DNA from: Perna viridis
Taxonomy: Eukaryota
Direction: 5' to 3'
Length of the DNA: 64,000 nucleotides
Assembly (NCBI GenBank): GCA_037379345.1
Contig: CM074521.1
Coordinates: 30,900,704-30,964,703 of the forward strand
In this document: positions 27,001-38,293 of the stretch, piece by piece
Layout: each line of letters opens with the position of its first letter
Position numbering within the stretch: the stretch's first letter is position 1
Notes under the pieces: generated by a model
Databases searched by the model: none
What the model was told of the DNA's origin: nothing
The model's input: the letters and a program-made list of their open reading frames with translations, nothing else
Translations under genes and position numbers: made by a program

Positions 27001-29890
27001 GACAATGTCAACTATTTGCATATCAACACCATTGAAAGATGTTCAATCAAAATTGACAAGTAATTGCATATTACATTGCTACAATGTTTAAATGGACATA
27101 ACAATAATATGTTTAATGCTGCTGATTATTGTCAATTATACACTACATTTAAAGATACAATTTTTGTATTTTTCTATTACAGCATGAATGGTTCTTCAGT
27201 TCATGGGACCAAGATGATCATGTTCCCGTGGATGAGGAATCTGAAACTCCTACAAACCCCTCAGTCACACGCCTCAGTTGTGATGATGATGGTGAGTAAT
27301 AGCAGTGTTTACAAGTATTAAATTACAATGAGAATTATAAAATTATTGAAACAAAGTGGTCCCTTAAGCTGGATTCTGAATTGCTAGCCTTTCTTAAGAC
27401 AGGATGACAGTACACCAATTTGCAAGGTTGCATTTCAGAAGTGTAAATCAAGGTCATTCACAATTAAAGCTTGATCGGAAACATGAATACATGAATTACA
27501 CAAAGAGTAAATGATAGAATGAAGACCGTAACCAACAAATGACCGTCAAATGAACATATTAGCGGGTATCAATTTTCACAGTTTCAAAAAAAAAATAATG
27601 CTGTATGGTGTTAGTAAGTCCATTTCATGGGTACTATTTTTAGCAGCTTTCTGTCTACCATGAAAAAAGCAAAAATTAGTACACAGGGAAAATTAATATA
27701 TTTACAGCAAGTCGGATCAGAAGGGAAAGTTTTAATAATTGTTGGCTATGGAGTTTGGATCATTTTTCTAATGATTTCACCAATATTTTAGAGATTTGAA
27801 ATTTTAATCTACAGCATGAAACCATGGGTAACTTTAGATCAAGAAACAAAGCTATAAATGTACTATAAATGTACAAAGTAAGAATAGTAGTGAACATCTA
27901 TTTAGTTTGGTTTTGTTTACTTCCAGACAACACAGTAAACCCTAAAGACATTGTCTTTTCAATTGTACAAGCTGCCAATAAAAAGTTACGTGGGGAGAAA
28001 GACAAGGATGATATTATTGAGGGTGGCTTCTCAGAACGTAACATAGACCAGGAGATATATCGTAGTAGGATGAAAGGACAGGTAGAGTCTACTTCCAAGA
28101 GTAGTCCAGACCTACTTGGTCTCGGTGCTAGAGGGTCACATGACAAACTTATGTCTATTCCTAAGAGACAATCAGATAATGTTAATGATCGGAGGATGGC
28201 TAAATCGCAAGAAGTCATTGACCCTGAATGGGATTTAATGGTCTCAGATCGTCACTCGCAGAGTATGTATGGAAAACCCCTTCATTATTCTGATGACTCT
28301 TTAGACAAAAATGATGAACTTGAAGTTTCCCATGGTGGATTAAGTGGGAGTTTTAGTGTCAGTCAGAGTACAATTGATAGATTAAAAATGATAGAGGAAG
28401 AGGCAAGATCATTACGAGAAAAGGAGGAGAAACGAAAAAGGGATTTCGAAAGAAGAAAATTAGAAAAACAAAAAATTGAACAAAATATTTTGAAAACAAA
28501 GAAGGAACTTGAAATTGAAGACAGGCATAGTATAGAGGATTTACTTAATGCTGTGTTGTTAAAAAATGATGCTTTTGGTCGAACACTTTGTCATCACCGT
28601 GGTGATTCTATGTCCTCTGATCATTCTGGGTCCTCTTCAGAAGGATACAAAAAGGGTTCCAATGGTGGAGGAAAATATTTTGTAATTCAGAGTGTTAGTG
28701 GAAAAAATGGACGTGACAAAATGTCAAGATCTTCTAAAAGTGGATCAAACATTGAGGCTAGGAGTCAAAGGTCAGGATCAATGGAAAGATTATTAGAAAT
28801 GTCTGAAAATGAACCTTCAAAGTCAGGGAGAGGTCACTCTGGAAATGGAGACACTCAACATCTCCATGTTCCAAGGGGTGATAAATCTCATAGGCGTTCT
28901 AAATCAAATCTTAGTCGTAGCAATTCTTTAAGGCGAGGGTCACTTGATTCACTCATTGACCTTATAGATGGAAAGCGAAGGTCATATGAAGATACAGACT
29001 CAGAGGATGGATCTGACCTTTTGTCTGATTTGACCTCAACCTTTGATCAAAAACTAAAAGTGCTTGTGAATCCTAAATATAAACTTAGTGGGAGCTCATC
29101 ACTGTTGAATCGAAGCGATGGTTCTGGAAGTTCTAACGAGAAAGAAAATACTCAATTACGACTACCACCACAGGTGCCTTTGTCACATGTCAATAAATTT
29201 GGACTATGTAGTAGCAATGACATGTTAGAAAAGCAATACCAAGACCCTAGTCTACATCGGTCACCAAGGTCACATGAAACTAAAGTCGGCATAGCTTGTC
29301 GATTTGAACGCAATCCTACTAATAGTGCAGTGACACAATCTAATAGTTCTACCTATGTTCCTGATAGTTCTCATCTAATATCTAGTGCTGCCTCAGATAT
29401 ACAAAACTCTACTGTCACTTTTACAATCCCTACTTTCACATTACCAAGTACTCGACCCACTTTTAATGTTCACTCGCCTTCTAGGGAAAAACGACACAAA
29501 ACAGAAAAAGCTGAAATAAATGTGACTTTAACAAATCAGAAAAGTGTGAAGTCCTCACCCTCTCCAACTAGACCTAGAAGTTCAGATAGAAAGGAAGAGT
29601 TGAAAGTTCGATCAACCTCTCCAACACCTGTTACAAAAAGAAAATCAGAAAAACCCAGAAAGCGCAGACATACTGTTGGGGGACTTGATGACTTAGAACA
29701 TTTCAAGGCATTAGTAAATGTCACACAGAGCAAAGGAGAAGGTAAAAAGTCAGCCTGGGACCAGTTACAACCTGCTATCAAGTCTCCCAGTCTTGGGGTG
29801 AATAGAAGTTTACAACAATGGATACAGAATGAGAGACTAAGGGGAAGTACACCTGACCTATCGCAACAACACAGTCCTAAGTTCTATTAA
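2857..29890 (+). CDS. ARHGAP21: Rho GTPase-activating protein 21/23-like (PDZ-PH-RhoGAP), 5'-partial, 17 exons
   Basis: Exons joined by hand, all GT-AG with matching phases: 2857-3095, 12132-13737, 18358-18468, 18953-19048, 19902-20034, 21353-21413, 21858-21968, 22344-22427, 22972-23172, 23452-23638, 24204-24349, 24759-24884, 25079-25187, 25574-25737, 26485-26610, 27183-27291, 27927-29890 (TAA). PDZ ([32 protein letters not shown]), PH ([34 protein letters not shown]), RhoGAP ([36 protein letters not shown]). Symbol is family-level (ARHGAP21/23 co-ortholog). Confidence 0.93.
6680..7034. repeat. About 50-bp minisatellite, about 7 units
   Basis: gtatccttcacctaatatggtaaactgtacaagtatggtagatctggcaa repeated. 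Confidence 0.95.
8179..8791. repeat. About 55-bp minisatellite, about 11 units
   Basis: atcccctacaacctcatactgtggggaagttcatcaattcgtacagtaggcctct repeated. Confidence 0.95.
9584..9658 (+). mobile_element. 3' end of a SINE/LINE with (AATC)n tail
   Basis: atatagctgaaatatggctgttcgggcgttaaacaccaataatcaatcaatcaatc; flanked by aagatgg at 9577-9583 and 9659-9665 (TSD-like). Confidence 0.65.
12132..13737 (+). CDS. ARHGAP21: ARHGAP21/23 large exon, Ser/Arg/Gln-rich disordered region
   Basis: tttttcag|GCT TAC continues DILQM-AY in frame; contains the 501-aa ORF; donor T|gtaagt at 13738. Confidence 0.9.
14714..15252 (+). mobile_element. 5'-truncated Penelope-like retroelement (RT C-terminal fragment plus 3' non-coding part)
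   Basis: [21 protein letters not shown]...LLEQGY...[19 protein letters not shown] is typical of PLE RT C-termini; its 3' part recurs at 34126-34295. Confidence 0.8.
17330..17640. repeat. Degenerate tandem repeat of about 70-75 bp, about 4 units
   Basis: aattcagtcatacagggcaggtactat...tatctgctactagggtaatac recurring. Confidence 0.8.
18358..18468 (+). CDS. ARHGAP21: ARHGAP21/23 internal exon
   Basis: ttttag acceptor, G|gtcagt donor, phase 1-1, open frame [16 protein letters not shown]. Confidence 0.75.
18953..19048 (+). CDS. ARHGAP21: ARHGAP21/23 internal exon
   Basis: tttacag acceptor, T|gtaagt donor, phase 1-1; ...[10 protein letters not shown]. Confidence 0.8.
19902..20034 (+). CDS. ARHGAP21: ARHGAP21/23 internal exon
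   Basis: tttttag acceptor, CA|gtaagt donor; [15 protein letters not shown]. Confidence 0.85.
20246..20634. mobile_element. MITE-like structure with internal tandem repeats of about 37 bp and two pairs of inverted repeats
   Basis: Unit ttgtatagattgcactagacttatcc.. x5 (20320-20500); inverted pairs 20246-20282/20513-20556 and 20279-20306/20608-20634. Confidence 0.6.
21353..21413 (+). CDS. ARHGAP21: ARHGAP21/23 internal exon
   Basis: ttgcag acceptor, AGG|gtaagt donor; [12 protein letters not shown]. Confidence 0.85.
21443..21653. mobile_element. TACTGT...ACAGTA MITE
   Basis: Termini tactgtaaacatattaat / attaatatggttacagta form a TIR. Confidence 0.6.
21858..21968 (+). CDS. ARHGAP21: ARHGAP21/23 exon, start of PH domain
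   Basis: tttcag acceptor, AAG|gtagg donor; TPRIL...KMGYLQCK...DGK. Confidence 0.88.
22344..22427 (+). CDS. ARHGAP21: ARHGAP21/23 exon, PH domain
   Basis: ttgtag acceptor, GGG|gtaaat donor; [21 protein letters not shown]. Confidence 0.9.
22972..23172 (+). CDS. ARHGAP21: ARHGAP21/23 exon, PH domain C-terminal half
   Basis: ttacag acceptor, GAT|gtaagt donor; [51 protein letters not shown]. Confidence 0.93.
23452..23638 (+). CDS. ARHGAP21: ARHGAP21/23 exon, PH-GAP linker
   Basis: tttcag acceptor, G|gtagga donor; frame continuous. Confidence 0.85.
24204..24349 (+). CDS. ARHGAP21: ARHGAP21/23 exon, start of RhoGAP domain
   Basis: tttcag acceptor, GAT|gtaaga donor; [10 protein letters not shown]. 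Confidence 0.88.
24759..24884 (+). CDS. ARHGAP21: ARHGAP21/23 exon, RhoGAP arginine finger
   Basis: [29 protein letters not shown]; tttcag acceptor, AAG|gtagag donor. Confidence 0.95.
25079..25187 (+). CDS. ARHGAP21: ARHGAP21/23 exon, RhoGAP domain
   Basis: [22 protein letters not shown]; tttcag acceptor, G|gttagt donor. Confidence 0.93.
25574..25737 (+). CDS. ARHGAP21: ARHGAP21/23 exon, RhoGAP domain
   Basis: [42 protein letters not shown]...NK; catcag acceptor, AAG|gtaaga donor. Confidence 0.93.
26193..26398. mobile_element. MITE, same family as 56666-56878
   Basis: Shares cacgaattcaagaatccacaaacgt...atccatgaa..ttggtatcc with 56666-56878; left boundary approximate. Confidence 0.6.
26485..26610 (+). 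CDS. ARHGAP21: ARHGAP21/23 exon, RhoGAP domain
   Basis: [15 protein letters not shown]...[15 protein letters not shown]; aacag acceptor, CAT|gtaagt donor. Confidence 0.93.
27183..27291 (+). CDS. ARHGAP21: ARHGAP21/23 exon, end of RhoGAP domain
   Basis: HEWFF; ttacag acceptor, G|gtgagt donor. Confidence 0.9.
27927..29890 (+). CDS. ARHGAP21: ARHGAP21/23 terminal coding exon (coiled coil and Ser-rich tail)
   Basis: ttccag acceptor, phase 1 (G+AC=D), within the 673-aa ORF, TAA at 29888-29890; RKRRHTVGG and [15 protein letters not shown] motifs. Confidence 0.9.
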
Positions 29891-31754
29891 CTGTTTCCAT
29901 GGTTACTTAAGCATACATGACTTTTCTAGCAATGCAATATATGATCAGCTGTTATGGAATTTTATTATTTTATGCTATAACAATACAATTTTATTTTTAT
30001 TATAAAAATGTATTTCTGCTTATATTTTAAAGTATACATATAGCATAACTATTAACTCATTTCGTTATTAGAAGTTTTGCACGATTTTTTTTTCTAGATT
30101 AATTTATTAAAATATTTATTGAAGGAAATTTGCTGTTTTGAATGAATTTAAACTCTCAAAAGGGTGGTTTTTAATAGACATGTTAGAAATGGAATAACTA
30201 TCATATTCCATGTATTTATTTCTGAAGCGACGTGTTATTTTCCTGAATTCTTAATAGGTTGTAGCAACTACTACAAAACTGCCTTATTTATAATGAAATG
30301 TATGTTACAGTCTTATTAACTTAATTTCTTGCATGAATTTTTTTTCGTAACCATGATTTCATTTTCTCATTGACTACTGTGAATCTCATGTTTCGTTTTA
30401 TTTCGTTGGCAAATTTTAGTTTCTATTTTGTTGCTTTAAAATTTGCTTTGGAGTTGAGGTTCACAGTTTCATGGGTACCATTGATCCACTTTTGTTCTAA
30501 CCATTTGTGATGGGTTCTGTATGTATTCTGATGATTTGCAGTTATTTTATTATGTTGCTTTTTATCTCTTTCTTTATTTTTACACACCGTAAAATCCTGC
30601 TTTAAAGGAATCCATTTATTCTACAATGTTTTACAGTTTACAGATAAGTGGTAGAAGTAGCGAAATGTACAAATCATCATACTTTTAAGTTTTTACCGTG
30701 ACATTTAAATTGCACAATACATGATGGGGTTACCGTAGGATCAGAAATTTGAAGTATTTTCAAGTTTCAAGATAAACTGGTAAAATCTGATATATCAAAT
30801 CTTAGTCATGGCAGAAACTGAAAAAAAATACAATATTCAAATATTGGTTCAATAGCATATATTTTAGATTTGTTTTCAAAATTAAAACTTTGATTCGAAG
30901 GATGATTTGATTTAGTTATGTTTTGTTTTCTTGGTTTTTTTTTGTTTTTTTGTTGTTTTTTTTTGGGGGGGGTTGTTTTTTTTTATACATTTTGTAGGTA
31001 AGGTTAGTAAGGTTAGCTGCCATATTTCTGATCTTCCATTGTCATAACCCCTGATATAGTGCTGTAGATCCCAGTGCAATAGAAACCATGTGTATACTGT
31101 ATATAGTCTTATAGAATTGTTATTGCTACACAATCATGTATATTATTAGTCATAACTGATGTGAATGAAATGACATTGTTAAGCTTTCTGATGTTATAGC
31201 ATGACATTGTATGACAGGTATTGACTTTAACATTCTGACATTTCATTGGCTGGTACACTGACATTACATGACATTATAATTTAAAACCTTTCATGCCATT
31301 GGTCAGATTGTTGGAATTTGTTTCCTGTTTTATTGGATTTTTTTAGGTTCAGAATTTCAATAAAACCCTAATTTAACTTGTGCTGCAGGGTGCTATGTAC
31401 ATATATAGTGAGCTTGACATTTAAAATTTATAAGGATCAGTATTTTCATTGAATTTTCACCTCAACTTGACCTTTTCAATCAGGAATGTTTTGTAACTGG
31501 TTTGACTGAAATTGAGAACTTTTTATCATTCTGAAATTTAAAAAATGTTCACATAAACTTAAAAAAAAATAATTTCAGTTGTATTTGTGCTGACAACATT
31601 TTAATAAGTTGTGACTTATTTTTTATGTTAACAATATTTTAGACTTTTTACAGTTTGTTTCTCCTGTTATATTTTGTAGAATGTTTAGTTTTTGTTGAAC
31701 TTTTGTGGTATATGAAATTTTAACATAGAATTAAAAACAGAGACAAGGAAAGTT

Positions 31755-31760
31755 AATAAA
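31755..31760 (+). terminator. Candidate polyadenylation signal of ARHGAP21/23
   Basis: AATAAA followed by a GT/T-rich tract (tgttatgtctttttgtgttt); another AATAAA at 31359-31364. Confidence 0.45.
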
Positions 31761-31883
31761 TCATTATTACTGTTATGTCTTTTTGTGTTTAATTGTGGTT
31801 CGATCCAGTAATATTATGTGTTCACTTCATTATCTTCCTTAACAGACCGAGACCAGTAGCTCTGCAACATTTAAACCCCCCGT

Positions 31884-32710
31884 TTTATTTAGCTGGTGAG
31901 CTACGCTATCACTTGGTGTCCGTCTTCGTCATAAACAATTATTCAAACATTTTCTCCTCTGAAACTACTGATTTTGATCAAACTTACCATGATTGTTCTT
32001 TAGGGTATCCTGCACAATGTTTTTGCTAGGATTTTTGATCCATCAATGAACATGGCTGAGATTACTAAAAATAGAACATAGGGTTCAGACAGCAGCTTAT
32101 TTGCATCTATCTCCAAAACTGGTAGGTTTAACCAAGTTCTGATATGGTTAAAATTGTTGAGCATGATGAAATCTATCTGTGGACAAATTTTAGTGAAAAT
32201 CCTCTATATTTTTTTTTGGCTGCCATTTGTGACTATTTTCACCAATTGCTTTGATTCCAATGATTTTTTTTATTTCTTCAGAAAACATGGTATTCTAAGT
32301 TGAACGAAGTTGGCTGCCATTCTCTAGCTAATTTTATACTTGCTTTTAATTTGATGTTAATGATATTTGGTAAACATGTTCTCCTGAGTTGAATGGGGAT
32401 GATAAAAATGTTGTATAGTGATGATTTAACTTCATTTAATGTTTTCTTTCAGCAAATGTATACTGGGTTAATGCCCCCTCAGACCTGGTTGAATAACGGG
32501 ACATAGGAGGAATCCTGCTTAATTTTTTTTGCAGAGGTTCTAAAAATACTTTGAAAGCATTTCCAACATTTTACAGTGCCTTAGGTACTCAGTTGAACTT
32601 ACAGCACTCATCAATACATGCTCTTTTCCAGCAATTTTTGGTCAAACATGGTAACCAAGCATGATACCTTCACTTAATAGGGCATGTTTTGTCAGGTGAG
32701 CCTTTTGTTT
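31884..32710 (+). mobile_element. HINE/DINE-1-like (Helentron-associated) non-autonomous relic
   Basis: ttttattagc..ggtgagct..tcacttgg.gtccgtc start, tctcctctgaaactactg..aaactt core, caggtgagc..cttttgttt end; family assignment from recalled bivalve repeats, boundaries approximate. Confidence 0.5.
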
Positions 32711-33591
32711 AAACTTTAATGACATTTTCAAGTTATGTGCTACATGTATTACCAATAAAAAATTGAAAATACCATTCATTGGAGCTAATTGTTTTGCAGT
32801 ACTTCCAATCACACATCAGAAAACAAATGTAAGGGTTTGAATAACTTGCAAGGGGCCTGAAAACAATATTTAATACATACCAGCCTCTCTGGACGTACAT
32901 GTAATTACATGTACCATATATGTTATTATGCCGGACTGGTTTTAATGATGTAGATTACTCAAACATGCGGGAAGTTCTCAATGACTCAAAACGTAGTTCA
33001 GAGGAAGTATTTCTGATCACATATAATGGCCGAACTTCTTCACATCGCTATCTGACCTAGATAACACTGCCTAGTCAAACTACTCTGCGCGTGTATATAC
33101 TCTAGCAGTGCTAGACTTGGTGCCATCGATATGGATGAACGAATTCCAACCTCTTAGGTTGTAGGAGTACGCGAGTACACAGTTAACATGCTAAAGTCTA
33201 AAAAAAAACAAATGCATGCTTGAAATTTATTCTTGTTATTAATTATAGTTACAAACTAATCATTTAAATAGCTGAAATCACAGGTACATGAGGACAAGAT
33301 CCTATGTGAGCCTCTGGATGTCCCTCCCACTTTTTTTCCCTTTCTATACAACATGGGTCACCACAAATGCAAAACATACCATCAAACTGCAGTTACTATC
33401 CATGTATCAGATAGGAAGAAGGGGAGGGACACACAGAGGCTCATATAATGCAATCAATAATGAAATCCTCAACAAAAATCAAAACAAACGACAGGATTTA
33501 GCCACTGGGGCTTGCTCCTGCTAACATAAAAGACAATAGTAACTATATTCCTTTATGCAAATCGACATATGATAAAATAACATCAAATTTC

Positions 33592-33868
33592 CTATAGCTG
33601 TACAAAGGGAGTAGTGCTATAGCTGTACAAAGGGAGTAGTGCTATAGCTGTACAAAGGGAGTAGTGCTATAGCTGTACAAAGGGAGTAGTGCTATAGCTG
33701 TACAAAGGGAGTGGTGCTATAGCTGTACAAAGGGAGTAGTGCTATAGCTGTACAAAGGGAGTAGTGCTATAGCTGTACAAAGGGAGTAGTGCTATAGCTG
33801 TACAAAGGGAGTAGTGCTATAGCTGTACAAAGGGAGTGGTGCTATAGCTGTACAAAGGGAGTAGTGCT
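33592..33868. repeat. 25-bp minisatellite, 11 nearly perfect units
   Basis: ctatagctgtacaaagggagtagtg repeated; two units carry gtggtg. Confidence 0.98.
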
Positions 33869-34125
33869 TACGATGTTTAAACATGTAAAATCATATGAAG
33901 CCTGACTAGTAATATAAACATACATGTCGAGCTGCATATTTGATTGTGGAAGCAAGTCCCTGTGGTTTAAATACTTTTCTTTCAATTTTTGAATTTTTCA
34001 TGTATGCCTAAAATATGACTGATGTCATTTTAAATAATTTCTATCATACCAAGACAATTGAGTGCCTTAAATTCTTTCGTCCATATTTGTGTTTTTGTTC
34101 TATTTATTTTCTTTTTCCATGCTGC

Positions 34126-34295
34126 CAGTATTTAGTGGAGTCAGAGTTGCTCATTTGCTTTTGTTACTTTGTATGTATGATTTTAGTTACTTTATGTTCT
34201 TCGTTGTGTATGTCTGTTTTCCATGTCTGGTCTTTGTCCCTGGATTACATTCTTTTGATTTCTGCTAGAATCTTGGTTCCTTTGATTACTCTTTG
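34126..34295 (+). mobile_element. 3' fragment of the Penelope-like element seen at 14714-15252
   Basis: tagtggagtc.gagttgc.catttgcttttgttactttgtatgt...ggattacattcttttgatt...cttggttcc matches 15085-15250. Confidence 0.75.
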
Positions 34296-34419
34296 AACAG
34301 ATGGGCGACCTTGACTTCTGTTAAATCTTTAAAATGTGACTTTTTCGGTAAAAATACTAACGCGACATCCTTTGGAACATTGATGTCTTACGCGTTATTG
34401 TCTAGAGATTGTTTTGACA

Positions 34420-35410
34420 GTTACAATACCCCAGCAAACAAAGTTTGAGAGTATATAGGAATCACCCCGTCTGTCCACATTCCTTGTAAGCGCAACTCCT
34501 AAACTGCTCACGGGATTTTGATGATTTTTTATAATAAGGTTGAGTATCATATGTAGATATTCTTGGAGGAATCTAGATACTTCAGGAAGATTCCAAAGGT
34601 AGAAAATCCAATTAAGTATTTTACTTGATGAAATATAGTAAGCGCAACTCCCCTTAAACCGCTCAAGGGATTTTGATGTAATTTTATAGGAAGGTTGGGC
34701 ATCATATATGCAGATGTGCATGAAGGAGTATAATTGCTTCAAAGGGAGATAATCAAAGTAAGAGTTTTACAAGTTGTAACTCTCATAAAACGTTCTAGGG
34801 ATTTTATACTGAAGCCTCCATTGAAGCGTGGGTATTCCCTTTGTGAGCTTAATTAAATAATTACGCATTGAAAAAAATATGTTCGACAAGGTGGTGGTCT
34901 GGTGCGTCGCGGACCTTCCCTGGACCCGCCACTGTAATTAGCCTATTGTTTTTTATACGCCTGTCTGTCTAAACGGTATTATGGTATGTCGCTTACACTT
35001 CGCACATTAACTCAAACAATTTTTAAATACTGTCACCAATTTTTGTAAAACTTTGGTAAAAAATGAGCTCTCTTTCGATTTTTTATTTTTTCGGTTTTTC
35101 ATTTTAATTATGGGTTTTTATTTGTACAAAAATGGAGGGCATCTTTTCGGACTATAAACTCAAAACCCTTGCAGCAATACCAATTAAATCTTTGTGAATT
35201 GTTTATTATATTGATGTATTTTGTAAATTTCCGATTTTATGAGAGAGGCTTCCAAATTTTCGGACTATAGGTCAGTAGTGGTTGCACCCATTTGCATGAA
35301 ACTTTCCAAAATAGTTACTATTGATGTTTTTTCCCTCTTCAATTGTAATGAGTTTCTGATTTCTGTTTTCGATTTTTGGACTCTATTCATAAAAAAGGGG
35401 TAATTGCACA
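34420..35410. mobile_element. Cluster of HINE-like and MITE relics with internal repeats of about 150 bp
   Basis: Repeated gtaagcgcaactcc..aaac.gctca.gggattttgatg motif, also at about 48930-48980; repeated ataactcaaa/cggactata cores. Confidence 0.45.
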
Positions 35411-36627
35411 CGTACTACGAGTTCGATTAATGAACAGACAAAAAATAAATAGTTGTTGAGAAAAGGATGTGTCTTGGGTACTATCTGCGCCTACCGTGTC
35501 AATTAATAAAGCCAGTATAATATCAAACGAAACATGTTTGTTTTGTTAGTATGTCTTTCTGATTTCTATTTAAGGATCGTTTTCAATTGTTGGTTAGATT
35601 ATGGGATATAAACGATTTTGGGTTGGAATACCCCGAATAAACCACGAAGAATACTTCAACTTTAGCGTATTTGGATTCTCCATTGAAGTAATTCTGTGGG
35701 TAGGGAGCATGGCTAAAATACCACGTTCGGTAATACAAAATGGAAAATGTTGCTCGATAATGCTGTACTATTCTGAATTCAAAAATAAATACTTATTATT
35801 ACTTTACTGATTCCGTTGTTATGGTTTGTTTGCTAATTTGNNNNNNNNNNNNNNNNNNNNNNNNNNNNNNNNNNNNNNNNNNNNNNNNNNNNNNNNNNNN
35901 NNNNNNNNNNNNNNNNNNNNNNNNNNNNNNNNNNNNNNNNNNNNNNNNNNNNNNNNNNNNNNNNNNNNAGGCAGTTTCTGCTTTATTTCAACCTCTTCTA
36001 ATTGTTATCAACACTTTTAATGCCTCTAATTCAATCGACGATGTGTCTGTTGATTCCTTAAGTCCCATGCCCACCCTTCATTAAATGATCAATGTTTTCA
36101 CTTGTAATGGCTTCAAAATTTCGTTCCGTTATCTTCAATAAAGTCTTTCCAAATTGTCTAATGTAAAATTAATGCCATAGCTCAGGACCATCGAATTAGT
36201 CTCTTACATTTTGCCAAGGTAAGCCTACTGTATCTGCGTCATTTAGCGAGTACAATGCATTTGTAAAGTTTATTATATACTTTGGAGAACTAAGGACTTA
36301 CAATTCGATATTGTAATATGTTTAATGATTCTTTTCAATAAGAAACAATGATATGACCAACTAATTTGCTAGTACATTGTATCTATTACCAATTTTATAA
36401 CATAAACATGTCATCATACTAACTTGTTCAAAGACCCACTACTGACACGCTGACGGGCACTTAATCATTGTCCGATTTTTCAAAATTTCATATTTTCACA
36501 CAAATCAGAAAATTTTAAGGAAATCAAACAAATATTAAAATAGTCAGAAATGTCTCATATTGTGAATAGAAATAAATTCAAGAGTAATATTATCGTGAAT
36601 TTCTTTCAGAGTTCACAAAGTTCAAGA

Positions 36628-37342
36628 TTATTTCTTTTCTTGTTCCATATCCTCGGTCTCCAGATTTGGAGCACGGATGGTCAGATTTCCTTCGTTGTCC
36701 CGGAAACATTGGATATTTGCGGAATCAACTTCTTGCGGCACGGTCATTTGACGACAGAATGATTCCCTGACTTCATGGCCGTCCTCAGAGCGTTGACGTT
36801 CTCCTTGTGCTGTAAGCACACCATCTTTGCAAGAAATTTTAACTTCTTGTGGGTCGAAATTACCGACGAAGAATTTCATCAAGTTGTTGTGGCTGTCGTT
36901 TTGTGCGAGGGCTCCGCTCTGGTGTGGCATCACCGCAAGCTGTCTTTCTTCTGATGCCCTGTAAGGAGCCTCTAAGATGAGTGATCCATCCGATCTCATG
37001 AAGCTGTGGATTTTATCAGAATCCACATTTTCCGGAACCTTTACTGTTCTCTTTCTCTCAACGGTATCATACCATTCATCGTTTCCCTCTGTGTACTTAG
37101 CATGGATGAAGACTTTTGCCGTTCTCAACCTTCACTTTAACATGTTCCGGGTCGAAATCTCCAATTTTCACGCTAAAACTCCACTTTCTGTCGGCTAACG
37201 AAGTTTCCGGTCGTCTCCTCCTTGCTGAACGCATGCCCATGGGTCCACCAAAACCTCCCCATGGATCCATAAAGTGAAACATGTCGTCAAAATCATGTTG
37301 TGTTTGGTTATAACGATTCCAAACTACTGGTATATACGCCAT
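36628..37342 (-). pseudogene. Frameshifted copy of the two-alpha-crystallin-domain small heat-shock protein (pseudogene or homopolymer error)
   Basis: Identical to 45308-46021 except one synonymous change (37081) and an extra T (gacttttgcc at 37111-37120 vs gactttgcc), which splits it into 81-aa and 166-aa ORFs. Confidence 0.8.
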
Positions 37343-38158
37343 ATTTATACCTTATAGCCTTGAACTTCAACAATAAGGCTATCGATCTCAAACCGTCTGT
37401 ATTAAATCTAGTTCATATTTCCTTATTTGGTCACCCTTTCTGCGAAATAACATCTAAAAGTTTTTTTTTATTTAAACCATCTAAAACAAAGAGTAACAGT
37501 GTTTTTTTATGATTATTTTCATTTTCGCTAGCTATTTTAATTATCATTTATTGTACGTTTAACCGGGCACAGGCAATTTAGATAACATGTCGCGTAATAT
37601 CATAAAGAAAAAGCACATTATATATATACATAAAACACAAAGTGTAATTAGGATTGTTCGAATCTGTGTGTCACTTGTTCGGTATCCCAGAAGCAAAAGG
37701 ACAGTCAGGTAAAAAAGTCAAGCTAAACAGTGAAGGTAAAAAAGTCACGCGAAAAAGAAAAAGTCACTGGAAGTAAAGTAAAAATCTGGGTAGGAAAATC
37801 GGTTGATGGGAGATAGTGACAAATATTTAATAAATGAGTTTGATACTAATACTACAAACTTTTGTGGTTAAAATAATCATGTAAAAAAGTGTTTTATTTA
37901 TGAAGCCTTCATGCCATTCCTGTCAACATCTTATCGAAATAATCTATTTGTGTTTATAAACAATATTTTGGCGATATGCATTTCGACGTTATAAAGGTTC
38001 TTCTATTGAGTTCAAATTCATTTTGTAATTATTCCATTCAAAGCCGATGATTAAAAATGCAAGCAACTCTTTAACCACAGAGCAGTGATTAAATTTCTGC
38101 GATAGTTTTCCCGCCATTTAAAATTTCTGAGTTGTCTACAAATTTCATGGGAGAAACA

Positions 38159-38293
38159 GATTCTCCTCCGATGCCCTCGGGGATTACAAGATTTTTCCCC
38201 TTTCTATAGTTAAATTTTAGATTTAACCCACTCGTTGAAAACTGTCTCGACTGGAGAAATCTTGTTATACCCTCGAGAAACTAAATGAGAATC
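38159..38293. mobile_element. Palindromic MITE core
   Basis: gattctc..ccctcggggattacaagattt.tcc / ggagaaatcttgttataccctcgag..gagaatc inverted repeat. Confidence 0.55.

Noticed and set aside
27898-29781. Antisense ORFs of 106 aa and 81 aa
   Set aside because: Shadows of the ARHGAP terminal exon.
32944-33015. C/D-box snoRNA-like segment (atgatg…ctga)
   Set aside because: Box C is imperfect, there is no terminal stem, and it is not in an identified intron.
36628-37128. 166-aa ORF as an independent sHSP gene
   Set aside because: Starts at a non-ATG codon; it is the downstream half of the frameshifted copy.
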